A DNA stretch of 64,000 nt from assembly GCA_964621165.1 (NCBI GenBank), contig CAZULC010000012.1, positions 3,409 to 67,408 of the forward strand. The letters are read 5' to 3'. The position numbers were made by a program, and so were the translations under genes. This stretch comes from an uncultured Ruminococcus sp. (GTDB lineage: Bacteria; Bacillota; Clostridia; Oscillospirales; CAG-272). This document shows positions 53,824 through 64,000 of the stretch, in pieces (position 1 is the stretch's first letter; every line of letters starts with the position of its first letter). Under the pieces are notes generated by a model, which saw only the letters and a program-made list of their open reading frames with translations, did not search any database and was not told where the DNA came from.

Positions 53824-54501
53824 TCAGTACAGCTTCCGCGTTATGTCGGTGATGGGAAACAGAATCCCACGCTTATCCTCGGGAAACAGAAGAGCCGCGC
53901 CGGAAGTGTAGTTCTTCTCGTAGGTCTGACACACAAGCGGCACTCCCGCCAGTTCCGCGCACCTCTCGCCGTACTCAAGAGAAGAAAATATGTCCTCTGC
54001 TGTGGTCTCAACACCAAGGTTTGAGTTGTTTATGATTCCTGTACAGAACAGACGTGACGACTCCTCGATTTCACGTATTCCGCAGACCGCGTCGGCAGGG
54101 TCGGAGATAAGCGGGCGGTACATATTAACCACGCAGAACATGTCGTAGTCGCACAAGCGGATTCTGTCCGAGTACATGCCGAGAGCAACCGCGCCGTCGT
54201 CTCCTCCTACGTCAATTATGGTAAACCCCTCCGCCTTTCTGTCGAACAGGGAATACAACTTCGGCGGAAGAGAGGGAATGTCCACGTTTGTATTGGCAAA
54301 TTCCGGAAGCAGAACCTCAATTCCGGCTTTTTCAAGAAGTTCCCGTGAGTCCGCCGTACGGAAATACGGGTTGACAATATCGAGGTCCGCTATCCGCACA
54401 GGGGAGAGGGGATGACTTTCCTTTGTCATAAGGGTCAGATTTACAGCGGCGTTTGTCTTTCCGCTTCCATAATGACCGGTGATAATAGTGAGCTGTTTCA
54501 T
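53824..54501 (-). CDS. MinD/ParA-like P-loop ATPase at the head of the oxidoreductase operon
   Basis: GHYGSGKT, DLDIVNPYFR, DVGGD. Confidence 0.85.
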   Translation of the reverse strand: MKQLTIITGHYGSGKTNAAVNLTLMTKESHPLSPVRIADLDIVNPYFRTADSRELLEKAGIEVLLPEFANTNVDIPSLPPKLYSLFDRKAEGFTIIDVGGDDGAVALGMYSDRIRLCDYDMFCVVNMYRPLISDPADAVCGIREIEESSRLFCTGIINNSNLGVETTAEDIFSSLEYGERCAELAGVPLVCQTYEKNYTSGAALLFPEDKRGILFPITDITRKLY

Positions 54502-54769
54502 TTATATACCTTTTAGAAATGCCTTAAGTACTGCCCTACATTATACCACAGATTAAAAGAAAAATAAAGTGTCAATTCCATATAAAATTTGAATAAATTA
54601 GCTTTTTTATCGTTTAATATGCCACACATGGAACTTTCCCGAAAAATATTTTTATTTTGGCATAAGATTCTTCCAGTTTTAAGCTGAAAACATTTGAAAT
54701 CCTTACATTAATGTGATATAATAAACAGTAAGTATATTTTCATACAGCTTGAGCGGAAGGAGAATTGAT

Positions 54770-55654
54770 TTGACTGGATTCAAGATACTGTTGACAACGG
54801 CCATTCCTACGCAGATAGACGATATCTGGCAGATAATAAAAAATATTTCCTTTGTGGATGTGGTGGATATTGCCTTCGTTTCGGTGCTGCTCTATTACCT
54901 CTACAAATTTATACGTGAGCGTCGGGCGGGAAAGCTGGCAATCGGCGTGGTCGTACTGTTCGTGCTTCAGCTTCTGTCCAACATTTTCGACATGTACCTG
55001 ATGCAGTTCATCATGCAGAATATTTTCCAAGTTGGATTAATCACCCTTGTGATACTGTTCCAGCCGGAGATACGATCGGTACTCGAGAAGGTGGGAGCGA
55101 CTCCGCTCAAGGGACTCAAGAGCATCAGCGACACCCGAAACGCGTCCAACATGCACACCATAATCGACGAGGTTGTCTCCGCTGTAGGCGACATGGCTGA
55201 GGACAAGACGGGAGCGCTCATCGTGTTCGAGAGAAGCACAAAGCTTGGCGACATGATCCTCACGGGAACCGTAATCGACGCGTACCCCGCCGCGTTCCTC
55301 ATCAAGAACATCTTCTTCAACAAAGCCCCCATGCACGACGGAGCATTGATTATACGTGATATGAGACTCCACGCCGCCGGATGCCTGCTTCCCCTGTCCA
55401 ATAACCCGGACATAATCAAGGACCTCGGCACACGCCACAGAGCCGGAATCGGAATGAGCGAAAACAGCGACGCGGTGGTCATCATAGTATCCGAGGAAAC
55501 AGGAGTCATATCAACGGCAGTCGAGGGCAACCTGACCCGCAACTACACCCGCGAAAGCCTGACCGCGTTCCTTCGTGAGCAGCTCGCAGGCGAGGATGAG
55601 GAAGGCTCAAAGAAGTTCAGGATTATAAACAAAGTCAAGAATATAAAGAAGTGA
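54770..55654 (+). CDS. cdaA: Diadenylate cyclase
   Basis: Three TM, FQPEIR, HDGA and GTRHRA motifs, VSEETG; TTG start inferred from the RBS. Confidence 0.94.
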   Translation: MTGFKILLTTAIPTQIDDIWQIIKNISFVDVVDIAFVSVLLYYLYKFIRERRAGKLAIGVVVLFVLQLLSNIFDMYLMQFIMQNIFQVGLITLVILFQPEIRSVLEKVGATPLKGLKSISDTRNASNMHTIIDEVVSAVGDMAEDKTGALIVFERSTKLGDMILTGTVIDAYPAAFLIKNIFFNKAPMHDGALIIRDMRLHAAGCLLPLSNNPDIIKDLGTRHRAGIGMSENSDAVVIIVSEETGVISTAVEGNLTRNYTRESLTAFLREQLAGEDEEGSKKFRIINKVKNIKK

Positions 55655-55670
55655 TTATTTGGAGCGGAGT

Positions 55671-56456
55671 ATGGATGGACTTAGCGACCCGAAAAATTTA
55701 AAAAATCAATACGCCACCTCGGAAAGACTGAAAACAAGAATATTGATTCACGACAAATACTCGACAAACAAAACCGGCTTTGGGAACTGGATATTCTCAA
55801 ATTACAGAATAAACTCCGGTGCGGGTGTGCTTGAGCTGGGCTGCGGCACCGGCGTCATGTGGAAAGGCAGGAACAGCCTGATAAAATCCGTCTCATCTCT
55901 CGTCCTGTCCGATTTGTCGGATGGAATGCTTGAGGAGGCAAAGGAAAACGTCGGCTCATACGACAACGTTGAGTACAGGCTTATCGACATACAGTCAATC
56001 CCTTATCCTGACGAATCCTTTGACGTAATCATAGCCAACATGATGCTGTATCACGTTCCCGACACGGACAAAGCCCTTTCAGAGGTCAGGCGCGTACTCA
56101 GGCCGGATGGTACTTTTTACTGCGCCACATATGGAGAGCATGGTATAACCGGGTATCTCGCTGAAATTCTGGCTGAATACGGCGTGGAAGACAAAGCAAA
56201 CAAAAACTTCACTCTGCAAAACGGACGGGGAATTCTCGAAAAATACTTCCCGGAAGTTAAGCAGCTGGACTACCCGGACTCCCTCGAGGTGACGGACCCC
56301 GACGATATGGTCGACTACATTTATTCCCTTGAGAGCATGTCCACCCTGTTCGGCGTTCCCCGGGATAATATTAAGGAAATCCTGTTTCGCCATATGAAAA
56401 ACGGCGTGCTGACTGTGCCGAAGGAATACGGAATGTTCGTCTCGTCCAAACAGTAA
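55671..56456 (+). CDS. Class I SAM-dependent methyltransferase
   Basis: VLELGCGTG, DLSDGML, FDVIIANMMLYHV, RRVLRPDG. Confidence 0.9.
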   Translation: MDGLSDPKNLKNQYATSERLKTRILIHDKYSTNKTGFGNWIFSNYRINSGAGVLELGCGTGVMWKGRNSLIKSVSSLVLSDLSDGMLEEAKENVGSYDNVEYRLIDIQSIPYPDESFDVIIANMMLYHVPDTDKALSEVRRVLRPDGTFYCATYGEHGITGYLAEILAEYGVEDKANKNFTLQNGRGILEKYFPEVKQLDYPDSLEVTDPDDMVDYIYSLESMSTLFGVPRDNIKEILFRHMKNGVLTVPKEYGMFVSSKQ

Positions 56457-56519
56457 ATGATAGAGAAAAGATAAATCATTAATCGCGATTATATTAAATA
56501 CAGCGGGAAAGGTGATTCT

Positions 56520-57830
56520 ATGGCTGAAAACAACACCAAACCAAAGGTAAAAAGCGAAGATAATATAAAAAAGACAAATAACAAAAACAGATCCTTCGGA
56601 AGCATTGCGGTGAAGATAATGTGCGTTTTCGCGGCGTTCTGCCTCTGGATTTACGTCATGAGGGTGGAGAGTCCGGAGTACGAGCAGACCTTCAACAATG
56701 TCACCGTGGACCTTCTCAACACCGACGCCCTCAGCGAAAACGGACTCATGCTATACAGCGGCTACGGGAACATGGTCGGAGTCACGCTGTCAGGCAAAAA
56801 AAGCGTTGTGTCAAAGCTCAGTGAAGACGACCTCGTAGTCACGGCGGACGTGGGCAAAATCAGCGGCGAGAGTGGACGTTACGACTGCAAGATAAACGTT
56901 GACGTTCCGGCTGGGTGCAAACTTGTCGGAACTTCCCAGGAGACAATATCGGTCTACCTCGATAGCGCAGTGCAGACATCAGTAAAGCTCAGTGAAAAGC
57001 GTGAGAACACCAACCTTCCCGAGGGATGCTACACCGGTGCCGTTGATATGTCCGTTGACATGGTGACGGTTGAGGGGCCGGAGAAGATAGTCTCCCGCAT
57101 ATATGAGGCGAGATTCGACAACGACCTCTCCAGCGTGACTTCATCCACCGTCCTGACCCAGAAAATCTATCTTGTTGACGCATATGGCAATAAAATCGAC
57201 AATTCCTACATTAAATACTACCCGGAAGAGGTGACGGTGACGATTCCCGTGCTGAAATCCGTTGATATTCCCGTGGAAGTGGTGTTCAAAAACGGATTCT
57301 TAAACCTCGACAATACCATAACAACCGTGACTCCATCCACAATCCGCGCGACCGGTGACCCTGAAATCATCGACAGCGGCAGCATTATCGACGTTATCGA
57401 AATCGACGAGGCTGTCGACTACATCAGTCCCACAAAGGACGAGCTTGTCTGCGAAAAGGTTGTACAGCTGAACGCGGCCAGTGGAGTGGAGCTTAGTCAG
57501 GACTACGTAAGCATATCCTCCCAGCTCACGAATCAGGTGAAGTCTCGGAAAATCACGGTTCAGGGACAGAATATCGTGGATACTGGCGGCAAGGACGGGG
57601 TGAGCTACATCTGGGACAAGTCTCCAGTCACAATACGGGTCATAGGAAGCCTTGAAGCCATCACTTCAATCAGCGCCGACGACATCACATTGAAGCTTGA
57701 CATGAGTCCATATTCCGAAACAAACACCGGACAGATTCAGGTGAGAGCCGAGGTGGAGATTGACTCCGAATACAAGGATCAGATCCTCCCCGTGGGAATA
57801 TATGAAGTGGGAGTTACATTTACCAACTGA
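56520..57830 (+). CDS. cdaR: YbbR-domain diadenylate cyclase regulator
   Basis: TM with LWIYV, repeated beta-rich YbbR-like units (V.V.G), position downstream of cdaA. Confidence 0.85.
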   Translation: MAENNTKPKVKSEDNIKKTNNKNRSFGSIAVKIMCVFAAFCLWIYVMRVESPEYEQTFNNVTVDLLNTDALSENGLMLYSGYGNMVGVTLSGKKSVVSKLSEDDLVVTADVGKISGESGRYDCKINVDVPAGCKLVGTSQETISVYLDSAVQTSVKLSEKRENTNLPEGCYTGAVDMSVDMVTVEGPEKIVSRIYEARFDNDLSSVTSSTVLTQKIYLVDAYGNKIDNSYIKYYPEEVTVTIPVLKSVDIPVEVVFKNGFLNLDNTITTVTPSTIRATGDPEIIDSGSIIDVIEIDEAVDYISPTKDELVCEKVVQLNAASGVELSQDYVSISSQLTNQVKSRKITVQGQNIVDTGGKDGVSYIWDKSPVTIRVIGSLEAITSISADDITLKLDMSPYSETNTGQIQVRAEVEIDSEYKDQILPVGIYEVGVTFTN

Positions 57831-57836
57831 CAAAAA

Positions 57837-59453
57837 ATGAAGAACACTAAAGATAAAAAATACCTCCACCGGCTCATCGTGAACGACGTGAAGGTTCAGT
57901 ACACCGGAAAAGAAAACGGCAGGACCTGCGAGGACGAAGCAGTCCACAAGGCGGCGTCACTCATCTATAAAAAGACCGGCGAGCGTCCGTTCAATCTGAA
58001 AATCTCGAAAAAATCTATTGACGCACGACGCGGTATTGCGTTTGTCTATTCGGTTTACGCTGAAGTCCACGCGGCAAACTTTACCGAATCCGACGGAATA
58101 AAGACCTACGCCGAGCATGAGCCTGAGGTGGTAATCGGATGCGAAATAATGCCCGCGCGTCCGGTTGTCGTGGGCTTTGGTCCGGCAGGGATGTTCGCGG
58201 GACTGCTTCTCGCCGAGCATGGATACCGGCCGTTGATTCTCGAGCGCGGGGCATGTGTTTCCGAGAGAGTGGCGGCGGTGGAAAAGTTCATCCGGGACGG
58301 CATACTCGACACATCCACAAACATCCAGTTCGGCGCGGGTGGTGCGGGAACCTTCTCCGACGGCAAGCTGACTACCAGAATAAACGACGAGAACATCATG
58401 TTCGTATTGTGGATGCTCAGGGATTTAGGCGCACCGGAGGACATAATCTACAAAGCCAAGCCCCACATCGGCACTGATGTACTGCGCAAGGTTGTGGAAA
58501 ACGCCGACCGACGAATCAGGGACCTTGGCGGGGAGATACTATATAAGACAAAAGCCGAGCGGATCACCGATTCAACCGTAACCGCGGATGGGGAGACCTA
58601 CTCTCACGGAGCCTTGATTTTAGCCATGGGTCATAGCGCACGGGATACCTACGCCGAGCTGATTTCCGGCAGCTTCATAGTGGAGCCGAAGCCGTTTTCC
58701 GTCGGTGTGAGAGCCGAACATCTCCAGTCCGACATCGACCGCGCTCTCTACGGCGACTTCGCAGGGGATGAGCATTTAGGCCACGCTTCCTATCAGCTGT
58801 CCTACCGCAAGAACGACCGTGGGTGCTACACCTTTTGCATGTGTCCCGGCGGGGAAGTGGTTCCGTCAGCCAGTGAGGAGAGCGGTGTTGTCACAAACGG
58901 AATGAGCAGACGCGCCCGGGATGGAAAAAACGCCAATGCCGCCGTGTGCGTGTCAGTGAAGCCCGAGGACTACGGCGCGGACCCCATCTCAGCCATAGAA
59001 TTTCAGCGGAACCTTGAAAGACAGGCTTACGTCATCGGAGGCGGGAACTATTACGCCCCCATGCAGACCGTCGGAGATCTTTTAGAAGGGAAATCCGGCT
59101 CCCTGCCAGACAAAGTCATACCGTCATATCGCGGCGGAAAAGTGACTCCGGCGGACCTTGAGAAAATATTCCCGCCCTTTGTGACGGAGATGCTGAAGGA
59201 AGGACTCGTCTCATTCGGCAGGAAAATCAAGGGCTACGACGACCCGGGAACGCCCCTGACTGGAGTGGAGACCAGAACTTCATCCCCCGTGAGAATCATG
59301 CGGGGCGACGACCTCTGCGCCGTAGGTCACAGCCACATCTACCCCTGCGGAGAAGGAGCGGGCTACGCCGGAGGAATCGTCAGTGCGGCAGTGGACGGAA
59401 TCAGAGTTGCCGTAAAAATAATGTCGAAATACGCCCCGCCCGAGAAAAACTGA
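57837..59453 (+). CDS. NAD(P)/FAD-dependent oxidoreductase
   Basis: VVGFGPAG, GGAGTFSDGKL, FCMCPGG, VETRTSSP, GEGAGYAGGI. Confidence 0.9.
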   Translation: MKNTKDKKYLHRLIVNDVKVQYTGKENGRTCEDEAVHKAASLIYKKTGERPFNLKISKKSIDARRGIAFVYSVYAEVHAANFTESDGIKTYAEHEPEVVIGCEIMPARPVVVGFGPAGMFAGLLLAEHGYRPLILERGACVSERVAAVEKFIRDGILDTSTNIQFGAGGAGTFSDGKLTTRINDENIMFVLWMLRDLGAPEDIIYKAKPHIGTDVLRKVVENADRRIRDLGGEILYKTKAERITDSTVTADGETYSHGALILAMGHSARDTYAELISGSFIVEPKPFSVGVRAEHLQSDIDRALYGDFAGDEHLGHASYQLSYRKNDRGCYTFCMCPGGEVVPSASEESGVVTNGMSRRARDGKNANAAVCVSVKPEDYGADPISAIEFQRNLERQAYVIGGGNYYAPMQTVGDLLEGKSGSLPDKVIPSYRGGKVTPADLEKIFPPFVTEMLKEGLVSFGRKIKGYDDPGTPLTGVETRTSSPVRIMRGDDLCAVGHSHIYPCGEGAGYAGGIVSAAVDGIRVAVKIMSKYAPPEKN

Positions 59454-59488
59454 ATCGCATACATTAATGCAGAAAGCAGGAGAGAGCC

Positions 59489-59938
59489 ATGCTTCAGCGC
59501 GCAAAAGTAGTAGAAGTGAAAGATAAATACGCGGTAATCGAAATCAGCCGGAGATCCATGTGCGCCGGATGCGAAAAAAGCGGGGACTGCGGCGGTCACT
59601 GCGACATTTCCGGAATCATCGCCACGGACAACAAAACCCGCGCGGAAGCCGAAAACGCCGTAGGTGCGCAGGTGGGCGACATAGTTGAAGCCGACATGGC
59701 GGAGTCGGACGTGCTGAAATACGCGGCACTGGTGTTCATCCTGCCTATAGTGGTGTGCGCCCTCATGTACCTTCTTTCCCGCCGCCTCTTCCCCGCAATC
59801 GAATCAGCCCCCTATATCGGAGCAGCGGTCGGCTTTGTACTTACGTTTGTAGGAATCGCAATATTCGACAAAAAACGAAGATGCCAGCATAAGGTGGATA
59901 TCACCATTGTGAAGATACTGAATCGGAAGCAGGATTGA
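59489..59938 (+). CDS. RseC/MucC family protein
   Basis: R.SMCAGC..C, AENAVGAQVGD, two TM segments. Confidence 0.82.
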   Translation: MLQRAKVVEVKDKYAVIEISRRSMCAGCEKSGDCGGHCDISGIIATDNKTRAEAENAVGAQVGDIVEADMAESDVLKYAALVFILPIVVCALMYLLSRRLFPAIESAPYIGAAVGFVLTFVGIAIFDKKRRCQHKVDITIVKILNRKQD

Positions 59939-59980
59939 CGTGCCGCCGCAAAGAAGATTTATGAAAGCAGGACCTTCCGA

Positions 59981-60466
59981 ATGAATAAAATCCACTCAAC
60001 TTCACCTGCATCGGCATTCCCGACGGCGGCAGATTCCCCATAAATCACACGGGCAGGGGAGCGGACGTTTCGCCCGAGTTCATCCTGCACAATCTCTCCC
60101 CGGAAGCCAAGTCAGTCATCATCACCCTCGAGGACGAAAGCCACCACATCAAAAACTTCATCCACTGGATAATCTGGAACATTCCCGCCGAAAACGTCAT
60201 CCCGGGAGAAATTCCCGCAGGAAAAACGGCAGATGGGCATGGTTCAGGGACTGGGATACAGCTTGCACAGATACGCGGGACCGAAGCCGCCGAGAGGGAA
60301 GTCCCACAAATACAGCTTCACCGTGTACGCGCTGGACTGTTTTATTGAAGCAAAACCGTCGTCCACCAAAGCCAAAGTCCTCGCAAAAGCAGACGGGCAT
60401 ATGTTGCAGAAGGTAAAAATCTACGCGTATTTTGAGTTAGGCTTAATCAAAGGAGCAGCCCCATGA
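59981..60466 (+). pseudogene. YbhB/YbcL (PEBP) family protein, two frameshifts
   Basis: MNK / LNFTC..TGRGADVSP..FIHWIIWNIP..GKT / GMVQG..YAGPKPP..HKYSFTVYALD. Confidence 0.82.
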
Positions 60467-61080
60467 AACGTATATTTATTCACGGCTTAGGACAGACGAA
60501 GGACTGCTGGAACAAGACAGCCGCTTGTCTCCCGCATGAAAACTGCCTTTTTCCCGACCTGACGGAAATGCTCAGGGGACGTGAAGTGTCATACAACAGC
60601 CTCTTTTCCGCGTTTTCCGGGTATTGCAATGATTTCACCGAACCCGTGGACTTGTGCGGTTTGTCCTTGGGCTGCGTGCTGGCTCTGAATTATGCGGTTG
60701 ACTTCCCGTCAAAAGTAAACTCACTTGTAATGATTGCCGCGCAGTATAAAATGCCGAAGAATCTGCTCCGTTTCCAGAACATCCTTTTCCGCTTCATGCC
60801 GGAGTCCGCTTTTCCGGAAACGGGATTTGGCAAAGCTGATTTCATCAATCTGTGTAGCTCAATGACGGAACTCGATTTCACACAATCCCTTGGAAAGATC
60901 ACCTGTCCCGCGTTGATAATCTGCGGAGAAAATGACAGCGCGAATAAGAAAAGCTCCATGAAAATGGCGGAAATGATAAATAACGCGGCTCTTGATATCA
61001 TCAGCGGAGCCGGACACGAGGTAAACGTCGATTCTCCGGAAAAACTGGCGGAAGCCTTGAGCAAATTTTATTCGCGGTAG
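60463..61080 (+). CDS. Alpha/beta fold hydrolase
   Basis: FIHGLG, GLSLG nucleophile elbow, GEND, GAGHE. Confidence 0.88.
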   Translation: MKRIFIHGLGQTKDCWNKTAACLPHENCLFPDLTEMLRGREVSYNSLFSAFSGYCNDFTEPVDLCGLSLGCVLALNYAVDFPSKVNSLVMIAAQYKMPKNLLRFQNILFRFMPESAFPETGFGKADFINLCSSMTELDFTQSLGKITCPALIICGENDSANKKSSMKMAEMINNAALDIISGAGHEVNVDSPEKLAEALSKFYSR

Positions 61081-61193
61081 AATGTCTGCCTTAAATTGAA
61101 GTTATATATTAATCCTTAACGGCTTGGAGTATGATTAAATAATATAATATTAACACCGAAAATAATAAAATTTTATATATAAGAGAGTGAATA

Positions 61194-63422
61194 TTGATGC
61201 AGTATAAGTACAAATGGACTGTGCGCGCCGCATATGATCAGATGAAAAACAGTCCCATCGCAAACGAAATTTCAAAGGAACTCGGCACAACCCTGCCCAC
61301 GGCACAGCTTCTCATCAACCGTGGATGCACGTCCCCCAGCGAAGCCAAGAGCTTTCTCAAAAAGGAGGAAGAGCAGCTTCACGATCCCTTTATCATGGAG
61401 GACATGGACAACGCCACCTACCGGATTATCGAAGCCGTGGAAAACGGTGAAAAAATCGTCATTTATGGCGATTATGACGTTGACGGCGTGACTTCCGTGA
61501 GCAGTCTTTACCTCTTTCTCAAGTCCAAAGGGGCTGACGTGTCATACTACATTCCTCAAAGGTCGGGAGAAGGTTATGGAATGAGCGAAGGTGCGGTCCG
61601 CAAGCTCCACGAGGACGGTTTCAACCTTATCGTCACAGTGGACACGGGAATCACCGCCATTGAAGAAGCGAAAATCGTCAAGTCCCTCGGCATGGACCTC
61701 ATCATCACCGACCACCACGAGTGTCATACAACTCTGCCCGAAGCCGAAGCCATAGTCAACCCGAGACGGCACGACTGCCAGTATCCCTTCAAGGAGCTTG
61801 CGGGAGTTGGAGTGGTGTTCAAGCTGCTCTGCGCCCTCGAGTCCGTCATGAATCCGGCTGACGAAATGATCGACTGCGTGCGCCGCGTGTCTCAGGAATA
61901 CGGTGACCTTATCGCAATCGGAACCGTAGCCGATGTTATGCCAATCCGTGACGAAAACCGGCTCATTGTGAGTTACGGACTGAACCTTATCGAAAACACA
62001 AAACGCCCGGGACTCATAGAATTAATAGAGGCGACCCGCACCGAATCCCGCTCGGGAAACAAAAAGAAGGTTACAGCGTCCTTCATCGGCTACACCATCG
62101 CACCCAGAATCAACGCCGCCGGACGGATCCGTGACGCCTCGCTTGCGGTTGAACTGTTCCTTGCCGACTCATGCGAAAAAGCCGCGCCAATCGCGAAAAA
62201 GCTCTGCGACATCAACCGGGAACGCCAGTCCGAGGAAAACAAAATCATGGACGAAGCTTATGCCCAGATAGCCGCTAACCCGCTTCTTGAGTCGTCCCAT
62301 GTTATAGTTCTCGACAACGAGACATGGCACCACGGAATCATCGGAATCGTGGCTTCGAGAATCACGGAAAAATACGGCAAGCCTTCGATTCTCGTCTCCT
62401 TTGAGGGAGCGGGTGAGCCGGATGAGGAAAAGTTGCCTGCGGGAATGCTCAGAGAAAAGAAGCCCGACGACATGGGCAAAGGCTCGGGAAGAAGCATCAA
62501 GGGAATGAACCTTGTGGACGCGCTGTCAGTCTGCTCGGATCTTTTGGAAAAGTTCGGCGGTCATGAGCTTGCTGCCGGACTGACCATAAGGCGCGAGAAC
62601 CTGCCCGAGTTCAGAAAGCGGCTCAACGAATGCGCAAAGGACTGCTTTGACGAGAGCGAACACCAGCCCACTCTTGAAGCCGAATGCGAGCTGAGTCCGG
62701 CTGACGTCACGATGAATCAGGCAAATGAGCTGTACTGGCTTGAACCTTACGGCGTCTCAAATCCCGTTCCGGTGTTCGTAATGCGCCAGCTTATGCTGGT
62801 GGACGAATCCCTTGTAGGCGGCGGAAAACACGTGAGAATGTCGCTCAAGGTAGGCGGAAGCGTAGTCAGTGCAATGTGCTTCCGTCACACACTCGACGAC
62901 CTCTGCCTTTTTCCCGGAGACATGGTAGACGTGATGTTTACACTTGATATAAATGAATTTCAAAACCAGCGCACGCTTCAGATGATAATCAAGGATATCC
63001 GCCTGTGTGAGGCCCAGAACAAGCGGGAGGAGGGCGAAAGGCTTCTCTTCGCAGGTTTGCGTGAGGGCAGAAGCGCGGCTGAGCTTGATATCAGTGAAAA
63101 GGATTATTCCGCCATCGTACCAAATCACGACGATTTCGGCGCGGTCTACAGCCTGATCCGGCGGGAAGTCAGACTCGAGCATGAGGTTTTCTCAGTGAGA
63201 GCGCTTCTGAACCTGATGAGCAAGTCCGGCGTGAAAATGGGGTATGTCAAACTGCGGTTTATCATGCTCACCTTTGAAGAGCTGGGAATTCTCAATATAC
63301 GCGAGCTTGACCATGACAACGAGGTCTACGCCTTTGGTCTGGTTCATCTGAAGACAAAAGCAAACCTCGACCAATCGAATATCTACAGAAAGCTGAAGTC
63401 CGTCTTCGGACAGAATATATAA
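61194..63422 (+). CDS. recJ: Single-stranded DNA exonuclease RecJ
   Basis: GDYDVDG, VDTG, TDHH, GTVAD, PRINAAGR, GSGRS, GGHELAAG. Confidence 0.96.
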   Translation: MMQYKYKWTVRAAYDQMKNSPIANEISKELGTTLPTAQLLINRGCTSPSEAKSFLKKEEEQLHDPFIMEDMDNATYRIIEAVENGEKIVIYGDYDVDGVTSVSSLYLFLKSKGADVSYYIPQRSGEGYGMSEGAVRKLHEDGFNLIVTVDTGITAIEEAKIVKSLGMDLIITDHHECHTTLPEAEAIVNPRRHDCQYPFKELAGVGVVFKLLCALESVMNPADEMIDCVRRVSQEYGDLIAIGTVADVMPIRDENRLIVSYGLNLIENTKRPGLIELIEATRTESRSGNKKKVTASFIGYTIAPRINAAGRIRDASLAVELFLADSCEKAAPIAKKLCDINRERQSEENKIMDEAYAQIAANPLLESSHVIVLDNETWHHGIIGIVASRITEKYGKPSILVSFEGAGEPDEEKLPAGMLREKKPDDMGKGSGRSIKGMNLVDALSVCSDLLEKFGGHELAAGLTIRRENLPEFRKRLNECAKDCFDESEHQPTLEAECELSPADVTMNQANELYWLEPYGVSNPVPVFVMRQLMLVDESLVGGGKHVRMSLKVGGSVVSAMCFRHTLDDLCLFPGDMVDVMFTLDINEFQNQRTLQMIIKDIRLCEAQNKREEGERLLFAGLREGRSAAELDISEKDYSAIVPNHDDFGAVYSLIRREVRLEHEVFSVRALLNLMSKSGVKMGYVKLRFIMLTFEELGILNIRELDHDNEVYAFGLVHLKTKANLDQSNIYRKLKSVFGQNI

Positions 63423-63425
63423 ATT

Positions 63426-64000
63426 ATGGCAAACAGTGAAACCAAACTTGAAAACGGAAACGTCAATATCGACAGTCTTCTGACGGTTCTGAAAAACAGC
63501 GAACGGCATTACGACGTCGAAAAAATCGAAAGAGCGTTCCTCTACGCAAAAGCTCTCCACGAGGGACAGTTCAGAGTCAGCGGAGAGCCGTACATCTCCC
63601 ACCCAATCGCCGTGGCGGAAATCGTGACTTCCCTGGGGCTTGACACCGACTCAATCTGCGCCGCGTTTCTTCACGACACGGTTGAAGACTGCTCGGACAA
63701 AACAAACCTAGACACAATAAGACAGCTCTTCGGCGGGGATGTGGCAATGCTTGTGGATGGCTTGACGAAGATGAAGGTAATCAACGTGGAGGACAAGGAA
63801 GAAGCAAACATGGAGAACATCCGCAAAATGCTTCTCGCCATGTCAAAGGACATCCGCGTTATCTTCATCAAGCTCTGCGATCGGCTCCACAACATGCGCA
63901 CTCTCGGGGTGAAAAACGACTCCAAACGTAGAACCACAGCTCTCGAGACAATGCACGTCTACGCCCCCCTCGCCCACCGTCTTGGTATGCAGAAGATGAA
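63426..64000 (+). CDS. rel: Bifunctional (p)ppGpp synthetase/hydrolase, truncated by the window end
   Basis: HEGQFRVSGEPYISHP, LHDTVED, VDGLTK, IKLCDRLHNMRTL, YAPLAHRLG. Confidence 0.95.
   Translation, partial: MANSETKLENGNVNIDSLLTVLKNSERHYDVEKIERAFLYAKALHEGQFRVSGEPYISHPIAVAEIVTSLGLDTDSICAAFLHDTVEDCSDKTNLDTIRQLFGGDVAMLVDGLTKMKVINVEDKEEANMENIRKMLLAMSKDIRVIFIKLCDRLHNMRTLGVKNDSKRRTTALETMHVYAPLAHRLGMQKM

Overview
Chromosomal segment of a spore-forming Clostridia-type anaerobe (Oscillospiraceae-like, inferred from spo0A, an Rnf complex, [FeFe]-hydrogenases and cdaA-cdaR). It is mostly housekeeping and energy metabolism: nuclease-DinG helicase, guaB, spo0A, mtaB, upp, an RluA-family synthase, rnfCDGEAB, glutamine synthetase III, a 2-oxoacid:ferredoxin oxidoreductase operon, cdaA/cdaR, recJ and the 5' part of rel. 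I saw no rRNA, tRNA, CRISPR array, integrase or transposase. The most notable unexplained signal is a non-coding ~84-bp repeat family, present as an inverted pair (2656-2834), a tandem pair (9848-10014) and a further copy plus remnant (25061-25177), with GC-rich conserved blocks spaced roughly one helical turn apart. Other highlights are decay of the hfs sensory-hydrogenase operon and four other accessory genes; an NfeD-flotillin operon carrying three paralogous 4-TM proteins; a tandem MutS-ATPase pair; an RnfG with very large acidic and repeat extensions; tandem Spo0A boxes at the GSIII promoter; an orphan sigma-A promoter and candidate sRNA; and a missed 32-aa Cys-rich peptide. All alignments were done by eye and no database searches were run.
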